Source: Octopus vulgaris
Lineage: Eukaryota
Assembly: GCA_951406725.2 (NCBI GenBank)
Contig: OX597815.1
Span: 80,290,001-80,354,000, forward strand
DNA length: 64,000 nt
Reading direction: 5' to 3'
This document shows, in pieces, positions 13,001 through 27,704 of this stretch; the first letter of the stretch is position 1, and each line of letters starts with the position of its first letter. The translations under genes and the position numbers were made by a program. The notes below the pieces were generated by a model, which saw only the letters and a list, made by a program, of their open reading frames with translations, was not told the origin of the DNA and ran no database searches.

Positions 13001-13554
13001 GAGTGTGAGAGCAGTTCATGCAATCAAAGTGACACTGGGGTAAAATATACGAAGCCCAATATACCCATCATGACTACCCGTCTGATAAGGGTACACCAGG
13101 CACATGCATCACAACCATATGTGTGCGACATAGTGACCTCATATCAAGATAAGCAGCACATGACCTTGCAAATGGGGCCCAGTTAGAATTTTCTTCTGGT
13201 CGAGTAACCCATCCCGCTCAAAAGGTCCCTGAATAAGGGTTGTTTAAGGATGTTAAACGAAACATCCATGTTGTTTAAAGAGGTGAATTATTCAAACCCC
13301 AAAGAATCCCTCTCAACACATGGCTATGATGCTCCCCCACTACTTCTGCTCGTGATCAGAAAGGCACATATCGTCAGCCACTAAGGGACATGCTCAACAG
13401 GTTACGGTCAAACAGCTGACAAGCAAATCTGTGGTATTGAGCAGAATATTCGCTGTAGCCCATCTTTTATACCAAGACAAAACATTGTACATAACACTTC
13501 CAATCAGTTAAGATCAGAAGCCATGAGAGCCACTGCCTGGTACTGCATCAGAGC

Positions 13555-13641
<87 letters not shown>

Positions 13642-13777
13642 GCATACAACAGATTAGAATGTTGGAAAAGAAAAATTCCTAACACCGGGCTACAACAAGT
13701 AACCTTAGATGCCAAAAATTCGCCTACTGTAACATCTTTTATCTTTCACTTGCCCCAGGATGCTGGGTGTGTGTCAG
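12591..13777. mobile_element. Nested mirror arrangement of two (TAA)n-associated retroposon ends
   Basis: A(+) 12591-12738, B(+) 12745-12940, (TTA)n, B(-) 13001-13560, (TTA)n, A(-) 13625-13777. A contains RKILGI* plus a 3' UTR, resembling a Dong 3' end. Confidence 0.7.
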
Positions 13778-14369
13778 TTTTTCCCATATCAAAGTTCCGA
13801 AGGTATTCGATAAGCTGATTTTTCTAGTCCAGGTAGCATTTCCAGTTGGTAGACATATATATATATACAGTTAACGGATGTCTTTACAGATTCCATCTAC
13901 CATATTTACTCACACGGGTTTAAACAACACGATATAGGAATTCTCAAAAAGTGGTGCAATGCTGTTGTTTAGGAACCACTTGATTAAAAGTAATCGAGCG
14001 AATACTCAAACTTGCACATGTATATGAAACACGCACACACACAAACACTATAAATGCATGTACATATATGTGTGTGTGAGAGAGGGAGAGAGTGCATATG
14101 TGTGTGTATGAAGGTATGTATGAATGTATAAGGTAGGTAGGTAGATGAGTGGGTGGGTAGGTAGGTAGGTAGGTAGGTAGGTAGGTAGGTAGGTAAGTAG
14201 ACAGACAGTCAGGTAGGTAGGTAGGCAGGCAAATATGTACAGAAGAAGAGAGAGAAGTAAGGGAGGAAACGAGAGAGAGAAAGAGAGTGAGCAAGGAATA
14301 TATAATTTGCAAGCTGAAAGCTCAGAGACATAAGCGCGAATAGGGCGCAAAGTGATGTACATCATAATA

Positions 14370-14401
<32 letters not shown>

Positions 14402-14439
14402 GACATACTCACACACACACATAGAGAAGACAGACAGAC

Positions 14440-14652
<213 letters not shown>

Positions 14653-15339
14653 CATATAGAGGTATAGAGTTACAGAATTAGTGAAAGTGTGAAATAGAAT
14701 TACACTAACACACACACAGACACACACACACATACTTGCAAAAGGAAAAAAATAAACAAGGTTGTCAGCTGTGTTTATATACAGACCACTGTGTTTATGC
14801 ATTAAATATACTAAGTTCATTAGCGTGGTAAATAGATTTGTGAAAGATCATAACCTGGTCCTCCAATGAGCCACATAGAAAGCAGATATCCTTCCACTGA
14901 AACATTATTAATCCGCACATACATGCATATATATATATATATGAATACGCACATATGTGTGATCGCATGTGTGTGTGAGTGTGTGTTTATATATACATAT
15001 ACACATAAATCTGTGTGTTTTTGCTTTGTTCGTATGTGTATGTTATGCAAACTTTTATGTATTTAGGTGCGAATGTAGGTGTCAGGGTGTTTGCGAGTGT
15101 GAGCGCATTAATGAAGATAATTATTTAAACAACATGGCGACGGTCTAAACACCGCCAAATGAAATCTCATCTAATCAAAACACACTAGTTTATTCAAATG
15201 ACACCACAACCTTCATACAAATACAACGCCTTTTGAAGGTTGTTAAATATATTCAGTCTAATTATTTCTTTCTAAATTTTTTCTTCACTCCACATCATTG
15301 TCTATTTACATACATACGAACATACGTACGTGCGCACAT

Positions 15340-16510
<1,171 letters not shown>

Positions 16511-16511
16511 C

Positions 16512-17220
16512 GTGAGTACAGGACACCACAAATGAACGTAGAACTCAACGAGAAACGAAAACGTAAAAAACAAACATGGAAACGGACCTTAATTTTAACA
16601 ACGAAAAAACAGAGTACAAGACAAACAACACAAGGAAAATTCCCCTTCATCAGCTGTCCCTAGTACGACTCCATGCGTGTTTCGAAGGTGAGGACAGAAC
16701 ACGACTCGTCGAACTAGCCCTTCTTGCGAAAGAATTAAATAAAATTCCCCCGCAGAGGGGTAAAATCAAGGAAAGAAAAAAATGTGACAAAAACAGGACG
16801 TAAAAACGATACAAATAAAATTACAAAATAAAATACAAAATAAAAATACAATTACAAAAAAATACAGTACAAGAAATAAAAACAAAAAAGAAAACAAACA
16901 TTGAGGGCCTTTAGGACTAGACGAGGAAAGATTCTTAAGAGCGCAGGAAGAAAGCGTGTTCACTGTTAGGAGGCCGCAAGCGAAAGGAAGTAGTCGCCCA
17001 GCTGTGAGAGAGATGAGGAGGAGTGAGAGAGAGAGAGAGATAGAGGAAGACAAGCGGATGTGAGAGAGATGAGGATTGAGAGAGAGATAGAGGAAGACAA
17101 GGAAGGAAGGGAAGGTCAAGCAAAGGGTTATAGTGTTTCGCGTCATAATTATATATAAAAACTTACTTGGAGGAAACGAAACGAAACGACGCGAGGGCGC
17201 TCAGTCGTGCTTCTCTCTAT
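16512..17220 (-). mobile_element. Unclassified interspersed repeat next to a TA-rich microsatellite (pLTR-like)
   Basis: Strong A/G strand skew, CpG-rich, sharp TA-bounded edges; the minus strand has CTTCGAAAC...CAGCTGATGAAGG. Confidence 0.4.
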
Positions 17221-17810
17221 GTATATTAAATAGTTTTTAATAAATGTAAGCAATAAGGGTTAAGTAAACGGAATACTCAATAAATGAGTCATGTCAAATA
17301 TTTTGCTGATTGTGGTTTATGAAGTATATTGTAATTATAAATGAGCCAATATTGGCGAAACCCGAAGGTAACTGTCGATGTAATAACTCTAAGATTGTAT
17401 TGTATTCATTCTATAATTGAGAATCGCTAACAAATATCTCTGCATATTGTTTTTCTCTTCAGAGTTTATTGAGCACTGCGTCAAGAATATCACCACATGA
17501 AATATTTATAGTCTTGAGGGTGTCGCATTCACGATCGTTCGATAGTGGTTTCGATCCATAAAACGGTGGTCTGTTGTGTTCTGGTGCAAAAGACTTCATT
17601 TTACGCTGCTCCAGTTCACTCATCATTAAACGCGCATTCCTGCGACACGCCGGTGTTCCTTTCAGAGGAAATGTTGGCCTACCTGTCTAGTCAGTGCTGG
17701 TTTGGAAGGATGGTATCTGGTGGGTCATCACTCGAAAGCTAAGCCGATGCGAGGAAGTACTTTGTGACCTGTGTATTATATCCAGTAGCCTGGTGGATAC
17801 AGCGATAGTG

Positions 17811-17846
<36 letters not shown>

Positions 17847-18634
17847 GCGTGCGCGCGCGTAATATATTTATATATTTTATGTAGTGTGCCATCTGGACAC
17901 ACGGCAACCTGTATATTACCCCTTAAACTTAATGATGGTAATTGAAGCGATATAGACTCTTGAATTGTTACTCTTGCCTCTCCATCTTTCTAATCATGAA
18001 AATTATCCTTCGTCACAATGTACCTGACTGTTTTGTCAACCATAAAACTGTATTCAGTGATCTACAGTTTCAGTTAGACTGGATTATCTTATTTTTCTTA
18101 ATCCCACAAATTAAGGTTAGCTATATTATTCTTAATTTCTCAAAACTATTATACCTTCTCTTTGCGAGTGCTGTGTTCTAATTTCTCTCCAGCCTACAGA
18201 GAAATTTCAATGAATTAGAATTCTTGTGTTCACCATTCTGCACATTTCTGTTTAACTGATGTATTGAGTCATCGATTTCGAACATTTGGTTTTCGATCAA
18301 CTGCATTGACTACACACCTAATTACAAGTAGAATCCTTCTGCTGACCATGAATACATATATATAGTTTTCATCTAAAGATTTTTCACTTACAGTGCATCA
18401 GGTGACCCGAGACTAAAGTAATTGCATTTGCCCATAATGATCGAAATTGTGACCACGTGGCTACAAAATGAACTTCTTAACCTTTTAGCTATATTGCGAA
18501 TATTGGTAGAATTACTTGCCCGAAATACAGTAAAACATATTTCAAGACATCATTTAACATCAGAAACTTCGGAAGCATATAAAATGGTACATGTATCTTG
18601 GATATATTCTTCTGAAGTTTCTTCTTATTGTTTT

Positions 18635-18833
18635 CAAATCTTGGCACAAGGCCAGCAATTTCGGGGGAGGGTTAAATCAATAACATCGACCCCCAGTGCT
18701 CAGCTGGTACTTGTTTTATCAACCACCAAAAAGACGTAAGGCAAAGTTGGTCTCAGTGGAATTTGAACTCGGAACGTAAAGACGGACGAAATGCAGCTAA
18801 GCACTTGTTCGGCGCGCTTGCGTTTGTGCCAGC
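18635..18833 (-). mobile_element. SINE family A
   Basis: Reverse-complement core and head. Confidence 0.8.
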
Positions 18834-19697
18834 TTTGAAACAGACATTACTGTATTTCGGGAGACCCATTCTACCAGTCAAATCAAAGATATTGGTTGTA
18901 GACCACGTATTCGTTAGTTGATTTATCAATATATTTCGTCATTAAAGCAGTATATAATATATTTAACGAATTATACATTCTGAACACAAAATGTAATACT
19001 TACGTCTTAATAATTTGGAAACTTCAAGAGGTTTGTTTTATTAGCCCAACATTCCACAGACTAACGTTTGTAGCATTATGTACTTCGACTTATACCGTTG
19101 AAAACGATTACAAACTATATCTATCACTAATATATACAGCCACCCGGACAATAACAGTAACTATATATACACACGGCATAATATGAGATGAAAATAAAAA
19201 GTAGATGACAACGGCGGTAACCTTACGTACAACCAGTACCATTGCAACTCACCCTATCATTATCATAATTTGAATCCAATAATCTTTCCGCTACAATGAA
19301 ATGAAAATAGAATATAAGATATGCGAAAAACAGGCAGGCGCATCATTACTCTCGTTACTTCACTCCCGGGCAGGGCTGACCTATACAACATTAACAACAA
19401 CAGACACATATCACACATCCATCCATCCGTCCGTCCGTCCATCCATCCATCCATCCATCCATCCATCCATCCACCCACCCACCCGCCCATACATACATAC
19501 ATACATACATACATACATACATACATACAGACAGACAGACAGACAGACATACATATATACAGACATACATACATACATCTGCAAGATCTTAAAATAAAAG
19601 GATAAGGAACGAAACAAGAAGCTTTCCTTCACAACCTTGCTACCAAGCCGATGGCCAGTCAAAATTTACTCTCAATTAGAGAAAGAGACGAACATAC

Positions 19698-20020
19698 ATT
19701 ACTGGAACTGTAATAATCTGTAAGACTTTCCAGAAGTTTATCATTTAAGTCTTTATAAGCATGTCTAAGTATGCAACTATATGCATGAGAATACAATAAA
19801 AAAACCATGCAAATATACATACATACGTACATCCATACATACATACATACATACATAATACATACACACATAATATATATATACATACATGCATAAATAC
19901 ATACATACTAAAATACTCTGTTGATGTTGAAATTCCAATGAAGGAGCCTTGGATGAAGATTAGAAACCGGCTTTTTCTCTATTGGTAAGAAATCTTCAAA
20001 AGAACCGAATAACGACATAA
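19698..20020 (+). mobile_element. 3' end of a (CATA)n-associated RLE non-LTR retrotransposon
   Basis: Homologous to 62492-62835 (actggaactgtaa..atctgtaa..ttccagaagtttatcatttaa; gatgttgaaattc.aatgaaggagc). Confidence 0.75.
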
Positions 20021-20949
20021 ATACATGTGTGTGCATGCGCGAGCATGTGTGTGTGTGTGTGTATACAAACATATATACACAATGTAATCAATAAGTAAAA
20101 GCAAATCACAGCTGTCGAGAGCATCAATAAAACGTTTGCGGACATGGAATGAAATACCTTGTATGTGTAAAATCTTAAAATCTTCGAATGATACTAATCA
20201 CTTTGTTGGGACCAGCTGAGATACTTCTATCAACTAATGAAAACACTATCACTATAAGACATGATTCCATGTCTCTTTGTCGATCTCTCAGTGCAATTGT
20301 GTTTATAGTACATATTTCTTCTATGTTGTTAAATTTTATGACCATAAAATTCTTCCTTGTTAGGACATCTCTAGTATATTGGGTAAAAGAAAGGTTATTT
20401 GCAACAAAGAAGAATTCGAACTTCACTGAGTTCAAACCAAACATACTTTTTGCGTTATTTCTATATTATTAACACAAGACCCATGCAGACTTGAAAAAAA
20501 AAAAAAAAAAAATCAAACGAAAAAAAAACCCACTTCTGTGAATGGTAAATTGGAAATGAGCAGTTACTCTTAGTTTCCAGAGCCTTTCCAGATATCTGCC
20601 ATGAGGTTATACGAAGGAAATTAGATGTAAAGTGGATAGTAACCAGGTGACATAACAGGATATTACATACTCAGACACTGGGTAGGGCGAAGAAGAGAAC
20701 TGTAGTTTATATCACTTGAGGATGAATAATGGGTGTGAAAGATGAAGTATGTCAGGTCATTTGAGTAATGTATCATACGTTTCAAAATCCTTTCGTACAC
20801 ATATATCTACACATTCATACTCACACACACACTTACTTTTATGCATGCAAGGGGGCGCGCGCACACACACACGCCCACATACACATATGAATGTATGTAT
20901 GTATGCATGTATGTATGTATGTATGTATGTATGTATGTATGTATGTATG

Positions 20950-20989
<40 letters not shown>

Positions 20990-20995
20990 CATATA

Positions 20996-21572
20996 GAGAG
21001 TGCGATGGGTAAATTATCGCCATTTTATACTCTTAATTTCACGCATGCGCATTGTTTGTTTTTAATTTTGTCGGCTACACAGTATAGTGGGGTCAGTTGG
21101 GTACCACCTTTTAAAAAAAAAGAACCACGACACAATTCACTCAGCCAAAATTTTGGAAACTACAAGCTGTGCTGCTTGACATTCGCGCCGGAAGCTCCAA
21201 TATGAACATTTCAGAGTTTTGAGGTGTCAATTTGTGGACCGTGCATGTATCGAGAGAGATAAAAATCAAACATCCAGTCAACATCATGGTATTTGGAGTG
21301 ATCACTAGTGATGAGGGCTTTATGCTTCCATTCATCTTCCCGCACGACCTCACACTCACACTCAACACTACATCAAGTGCCTGGGGGAGGTAGTGCTGGC
21401 CTGGGTCAAGAGAGTAGCTGCTGGAAGATCCTCTGTATGGAAACAAGACCCTGCACCAAGTCACCCAAGCAGGAGGATCGATACATAGCTGTCAAACAAT
21501 TTTTGCGACCAAACAACCCTTAACATCTAACCACCTAACTCCCCAGACTGCAACCGCCTTTATTATTATGTG
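20996..21572 (+). mobile_element. Tc1/mariner-superfamily deleted derivative
   Basis: Homologous to 53030-53893 in the opposite orientation; transposase fragments KHPVNIMVFGVITSD and PPNSPDCNRLYYYV. Confidence 0.75.
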
Positions 21573-21689
21573 TATTATTACGTTCATAGCGTGCTAAGTT
21601 TTTCTTGAGAACAATTTTTAGTGGTTGGCGTAAGGGCGTCCTCTTTAGTGGATTCTCTCTCATATGTGTATTAATAATATTAACTGAAT

Positions 21690-21779
21690 CTCAGTTTTTT
21701 ATGCACTAAACCACTGGTGTTAAATTGATGTTATCAAATTAATATACAATTTTTTCACCCTCATTTTGATTTTAATTAT

Positions 21780-21782
<3 letters not shown>
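21690..21782 (+). mobile_element. pLTR terminal fragment abutting (TA)n
   Basis: Its reverse complement (gagggtgaaaaaattgtatattaatttg...caatttaacaccagtggtttagtgc) matches 6952-7005, 62180-62236 and part of the 47.8-49.5 kb tandem unit. Confidence 0.55.
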
Positions 21783-21820
<38 letters not shown>

Positions 21821-21976
21821 TTCATATGTGTGAGTTTGTGTGAGCGTGTGTTTATGTGTCTGTCTTTGTATTAATGAGTGTGAGATGAGTAAATCTGAAC
21901 AAGTGCAAATACGATGTCGATCGATTTTCGATGTGTTACAAGAAAGAAGGCTCAGAGTTCTTTCTTTACTTTTGTA

Positions 21977-23249
21977 CAGGGTGGGGCAGAGAGGACGAAC
22001 ATTTTTGAAAAGTTCACAAAATCATAAATTTTAGCTGCAAACAAATTTTATTGACGTCAATTTGTTCGTATTGAATTAGCATTTGTGAAAAGCATGAGTG
22101 GAAAACAATATCCAACATGTGGTGTCCATTTTCATTGATGCATTTCTGAAGGCATCCTTGGATGTTGGCTTTCAATTTCTCCACCATTGCTCTATCGATT
22201 TGGTCTCAACTTCCACATCAATAGCTTCCTTCAAATCGTCCAATGTACGGGTATTATACGCATATCCCCGTGCCTTGAAGTTTCTTCACAAAAATAATCA
22301 TACATGGACAAATCGAAGGAGCTAGTAGCTCAAGGTATGTCTGCAAATTTGGAGATGAGGCGGTCACCGAAGAGAGGGTGAAGAACGTCCATTGATGCTC
22401 TGGCTGTGTGGGCTGTCCTGCTGAAACCTCACACGTCGAATAGGTATACGTTTTCGTTGTAATTCAGGCACAAAGAAGTTGTTTATCATCTCGATGTAAT
22501 GCTTGGAGTTCACAGTGACAGAATTTCCATGATTGTCTTCAAAAAAGTAATGATGGCTGCTTTTCCAACAGCACACCAGACCGTCACTTTTGGGGTGAGC
22601 AGTGGTCTTTCGTGCAGTTCTCTCGGATTTTCAAGAGCCCAATAACGACAGTTCTCTGAGTTCGCTATGCCATTTAGATGAAAATGAGCTTCATCACTCA
22701 TTAACAAAATGAGGTTGCCATTTGCCTGACGTGCGAAGTTAAGCTGCGGTGCATCATGCTATTGTTTCAACTGTTACCCAATGACCAATTTGTAGGGATG
22801 GAAATTAAGGTCTTCATGCAAAATACGCCTTACCGATCGATTACCAATGCCAGGTTTAGTGAAATGCCTCCGAACGGAGCAATTCGGTTTCCGTATATAA
22901 GCTTGTATGATGCGTTCCACATTTTCCGGGATCTGTACCGTTCGTGGCGCCCCCACGAAGTGCATTCACCCAACGCAAGATTGTATTACGGGTGGGAACA
23001 GCCTGATTTCGGTGAATGTTGAAGTAGCGCCAAGACTCACACTGAACTGCTGTGAGAGACTCGTTACACTTCACGTAACTGCCGTAGGCAAACATGTGAT
23101 GTTCTATCGTTCACAGCACCAATGCTTCACTTAAAAAGAAAAAATGTTAAGATACCATGGACTGAATGGTACCTTTGGGACATATGTCCCTCTCCCTGGG
23201 GCAGAGTAATAACCATTTGAAAAACGTCTGTCCTCTCTGCTCCACCCTG
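21977..23249 (-). mobile_element. Near-full-length Tc1/mariner element with degraded transposase
   Basis: TIRs CAGGGTGGGGCAGAGAGGAC / GTCCTCTCTGCTCCACCCTG with TA TSD; fragments PTRNTILRWV (HTH), LHEDLNFHPYK, MSDEAHFHLNG...NCRYWA..NP...KVTVWCAV, FQQD. Confidence 0.92.
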
Positions 23250-23724
23250 TATTAGCATTGCGAACACGAATTTAGAAGAGTGGAAATAGGTTTTCTTTAA
23301 CGACAAGAAGCCATTGTGGAGTTGTAAACTTCCACTTATGTCCTACCGCTGAAGAGCGTTCGTTTCCCAGTTGAATCTCATTCAGAAATTTTAAAAAATG
23401 ATAAAATATTAGTTACCCTACTTCTATAAATATGGAACCCCTTATGTAGCAACTGGAAATCGATGAATTGTACTCACTATGAAGTTGATTATTAACATTA
23501 CTATTTCAGCCTTAGAAAGTTTATGGTACGTGTACAAGAAAATAACCTATCATGTACTTATTGTGTTGCACGCAGGAGAAATGAAAGGCAAAACGCACTA
23601 CAGTAGGAGTTGAACTCAGAGTTTAAAAGAACGTTAATTATATACTGCAGTGCTTTTTAGATGGTACATCGCACTTTTACCATCTTAATACTGGTCACGT
23701 CTCATTACCATCCATGATTATAAT

Positions 23725-23747
23725 GTTGATGATGATGTTGATGATGT

Positions 23748-23817
<70 letters not shown>
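23725..23817. repeat. (GAT)n microsatellite
   Basis: Read directly; a degenerate one lies at 45249-45470. Confidence 0.95.
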
Positions 23818-25520
23818 AAACTTAGTAGTCTAAACTATGTAAGAAATGCGCTAAAGACGATCACATATGCCTTTAGACATACCCTACATTTTATCCAATG
23901 CTTTACCGCTTCTACTACCCAATGACCTGAGTTTGTTTGACCAGCCTCCAGGCAAATATATTAGCAGAGAATCATATTTGGTTGAATTGAATGTACTCCA
24001 TTACTGAAAAAAAAATTTAATGATTCTAGAAACATAAAAGACAAAATTATCTACAGAAGAATTTAAAGTTTGATATTAGTTTCTTTTTAACTAAGCACGA
24101 AGTCACTCTAAAAGCTAAGTTGGAAAGAGGGTGTGAGATTCGTATTCCTCTCTCATTAATAGTGAAGCTGCTCCCAACTAATGATTTCAGAGCATTTATC
24201 GCCAACTCAACTTAATCGATTATAACCACATTTCTACACCATTACCATCATCACTCGCCAATAAATAAATAAATAGAAATAGAAAATTAACAAAAAAGAA
24301 AAAGAAAAAGAAAAAGGCGTTTGTGTCTTTGTGATGATGTTAAAGATTATTCCTTTCAGGAGAAAGAAAGAAAAAATGCATAAACAGAAAAGAGAAATAT
24401 ATCAAACGGTAAATGTAGAAACGCTACATATTTTCCCTTTCATGTCGTATTAACATATTTCCACTTCCGTTTGTTATGGAATTGAATAATGCCAACGATA
24501 ACTACATGTCGCTTCCAATTTTCGTAATTGTATTCGATAGATTGAGTACAATTGACCAAGAACAGTCAAAAGTATAATATAGATTTTTGTTTCAGAGGGT
24601 TTAATGATGGTGTACAGTCGGAACACCCGGAACTTTATTCTCTACTTCGTCTCACGGTTCATCACCAAAAACATTTTAAGCTTTTATTTTTCCCATCTGA
24701 TCCATGATAAATCCCAACACATAACCTCTCTACTCACTTAAACAATCATACTTCCTATTCTAATATTTCTTTTATACGGGTGTGAAATAAGCAAATAAAT
24801 CTATATTTTCATGGGCAAATGCATTGGAATACTTAGATATAGTTTTCTATAAATATTTAAGGGATGGGGTAATTTAACTATAAAAGAGCTACACAATGCA
24901 GTTATTTTTCGTATACTTTTGCATTGATTTCAGATAATGACATCTTTTTTGTGAGGATTAAAAAATGCCTATACTTTATTAGTATTGTTTGATCAAAGCT
25001 GACCTGGAGTTAAATTACAACAATTGGTACTTTTTCTATCGATTCCGAGTGTATAAAAGAGAATGCCAACTGTGCTGGGATTTCATCTCAGACAATAAAA
25101 AGATCTAAAATATATTTTCACCAGCGCCATACTATTTCTGAATATTTTTATGCAATTTGTTTATAGTTTCTGATTAAAGAATATTATATCCAGTATTATA
25201 TCATTTTTTGCATTATGCTGCATCATTGTTTTTCTAAAAGATAACTAGATTTTTAATTTTAATATTTATATTTAGCTATTTAATATTTTCTCATAACCCC
25301 TGACATACTAATGATTCTACCATATTACTTAATAAGCTGAAATATCTCGAGAAAATTCCCTAATCTAAACATTTATTTAGATTTGCTTCTAACAATGAAA
25401 TAGAAAATATAAAAGCTTCACCGTATTTGATTACACTTTAAATTTACAAAAGTTTATAAAAAAGAACTCCAAACATTCAAAGACGAGGGTTTTGAAGGCA
25501 TAAATAGCAAAATATCTGTA

Positions 25521-25680
25521 AGCGCACGCGTGGCTGTGTGGTAAGAAGCTTGTTTCCCAACCAAGATACCAGGTTCAGTCCCACTGCGTGCTATCTTGCG
25601 CTAATGTTTTCTACTATAGCCTCGGGCCGACCAAATCCATTCACATGGCTTTGGTAAGCGGAACCTGAAAGAAGCGTATA
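25521..25680 (+). mobile_element. SINE family B, 5' part (tRNA head plus CORE-like block)
   Basis: gtggctgtgtggtaag...ggttcagtcccactgcgtg...ctactatagcctcgggccgaccaaa...gaaagaagc running into (TA)n. Confidence 0.8.
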
Positions 25681-25682
25681 TG

Positions 25683-26045
<363 letters not shown>

Positions 26046-26307
26046 TGGACTTATTTCTACAAGATCGAAAAGTTGAACTGTGAACTTTTATGCTTCTTTC
26101 TTCTTTTCTTTCTTCATCTCCTTATTTCTTTACTCCTGTCCTCTATGTCGTCACTTCATTAATCTATAATCTTCTTATTTTCTCAATTTTCCCCCGATGT
26201 TGGAATATCCCATATTCTAGGATATCCCAGAAACAGCTGTAAGACTGAATTTTTTTTCAATAATAATATTTGAGATATTTGCCTTGCCTTAACGTTTGTT
26301 CTTTAAC

Positions 26308-26384
<77 letters not shown>

Positions 26385-26594
26385 CGTGTGTGCGTGTGTG
26401 TAAAAAGGTTGAATGAGATTTATCCTTTAATTTGGAGGTTTCCCCAAAAAGATATCTAATATAGATTCTTCATATTTTGCTGGTAGCTTACTGGCGTAAA
26501 ATTGTGAATATGAAAATAATACTTGTATATGGTGTGTTGTGAATTTATAGAAAGGTATCCCATAAAACTCAACAATTTTGATATAAAATGGAGA

Positions 26595-26935
26595 CGTTTC
26601 GTATAGCGATAGGAAAATCATGCAAATTCATGGTTGAATAGAATTAATTAGATTAATTAGATTGAATTAAATTATATACCACCGTACTCTTCAGTGCAAG
26701 AAGTATAAATAAAATACTGCTTTTTCCTTTCTCAAATACTTTGTAAAAAAATTTTGTTTATTCTTCTTGCACTGAAGAGTACAGTGACATATAATTAATT
26801 AAATTTAATCTAATTGATGTAATTAATTCTATTCAATCATGAATTTGCATGACTTTTATATCGCTGTACGAAACGATCGTCTGCATGAATTAAAATTCTC
26901 TTATATATTTTGATACCTTCTCTTCTCCATTTTTA
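26595..26935 (+). mobile_element. Palindromic pLTR-like element
   Basis: Arms 26595-26715 and 26751-26875 are inverted copies made mostly of the hammerhead; the left copy is truncated in stem III. Confidence 0.7.
26768..26885 (+). ncRNA. Type I hammerhead ribozyme with long stem II
   Basis: tgca-CTGAAGA-gtacagtga...tcgctgtac-GAAA-cgatcg-TC-tgca; canonical core, palindromic stem III, GUC site. Confidence 0.9.
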
Positions 26936-27011
26936 TCAAAATTGTTGAGTTTTATGAGATTTCCGTAAATTCACAACACATATCATATACAAGTATATAT
27001 ATTTTTTTATG

Positions 27012-27107
<96 letters not shown>

Positions 27108-27109
<2 letters not shown>

Positions 27110-27527
27110 ATTCTGTTGGCCTTCGTATCTCGACCAACATGTGTCCCCGCTACCGAAACGGTAATTATTTCTACGCCAGCTATGTTGTTGTTGTGTTTTT
27201 GTCTCATTTGGTCTAAAGTCGTATGACAACCACCGTTCTATATATTTTGTTTATTCATTACTGTTTTCAATTTCGTTTTCGTCTCTTGTATTCACATCCG
27301 TCTTGTGCGTTCACATTCCTGTCTTCTACCAAGAAATCTAATGCTTACAGCTTAGTTTTTTTCTTGGGGCTGGCCGAGTTGGAGCAAATATCAGAATTGA
27401 ACAGCCGAAATTTGCTATGATGATTCGGTGTCTGACTGAAGATTGAAGGCTTCGAATGATTTGTCTGTGTTCCGTGTTCGTCCCTTCCTGTATTTCACGT
27501 TCATTATATATAAAAACATTCATTCTT
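27108..27527 (+). mobile_element. Unclassified repeat inserted in (TA)n; homologue at 44376-44700 (-)
   Basis: Shared blocks cttagtttt..cttggggctggcc.a.ttggagc...cagccgaaatt...tgactga.ga...ggcttcgaatgat; both copies bounded by (TA)n. Confidence 0.7.
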
Positions 27528-27662
27528 ATATATATATATATATATATACATATATATGTATACACATATATATACATACACACATATATATATATTAATC
27601 AATGAAATTGTCTGATTTTTATGTTTTATTATTCACAATATTTACTATTTTACAATATTGAA

Positions 27663-27704
27663 ATAAACTAGTACTTTCATACTTTACGCAATCATCAGAT
27701 TTAT
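27663..27704 (-). ncRNA. Minimal type I hammerhead ribozyme
   Basis: ataaat-CTGATGA-ttgcgtaaagtat-GAAA-gtac-TA-gtttat; 6-bp stem I, weak stem II, palindromic stem III. Confidence 0.7.

Noticed and set aside
20175-20444. Minus-strand ORF with VIVFSLVDRS, faintly like small GTPases
   Set aside because: No G1/G3/G4 motifs or clear splice context; similarity too short.
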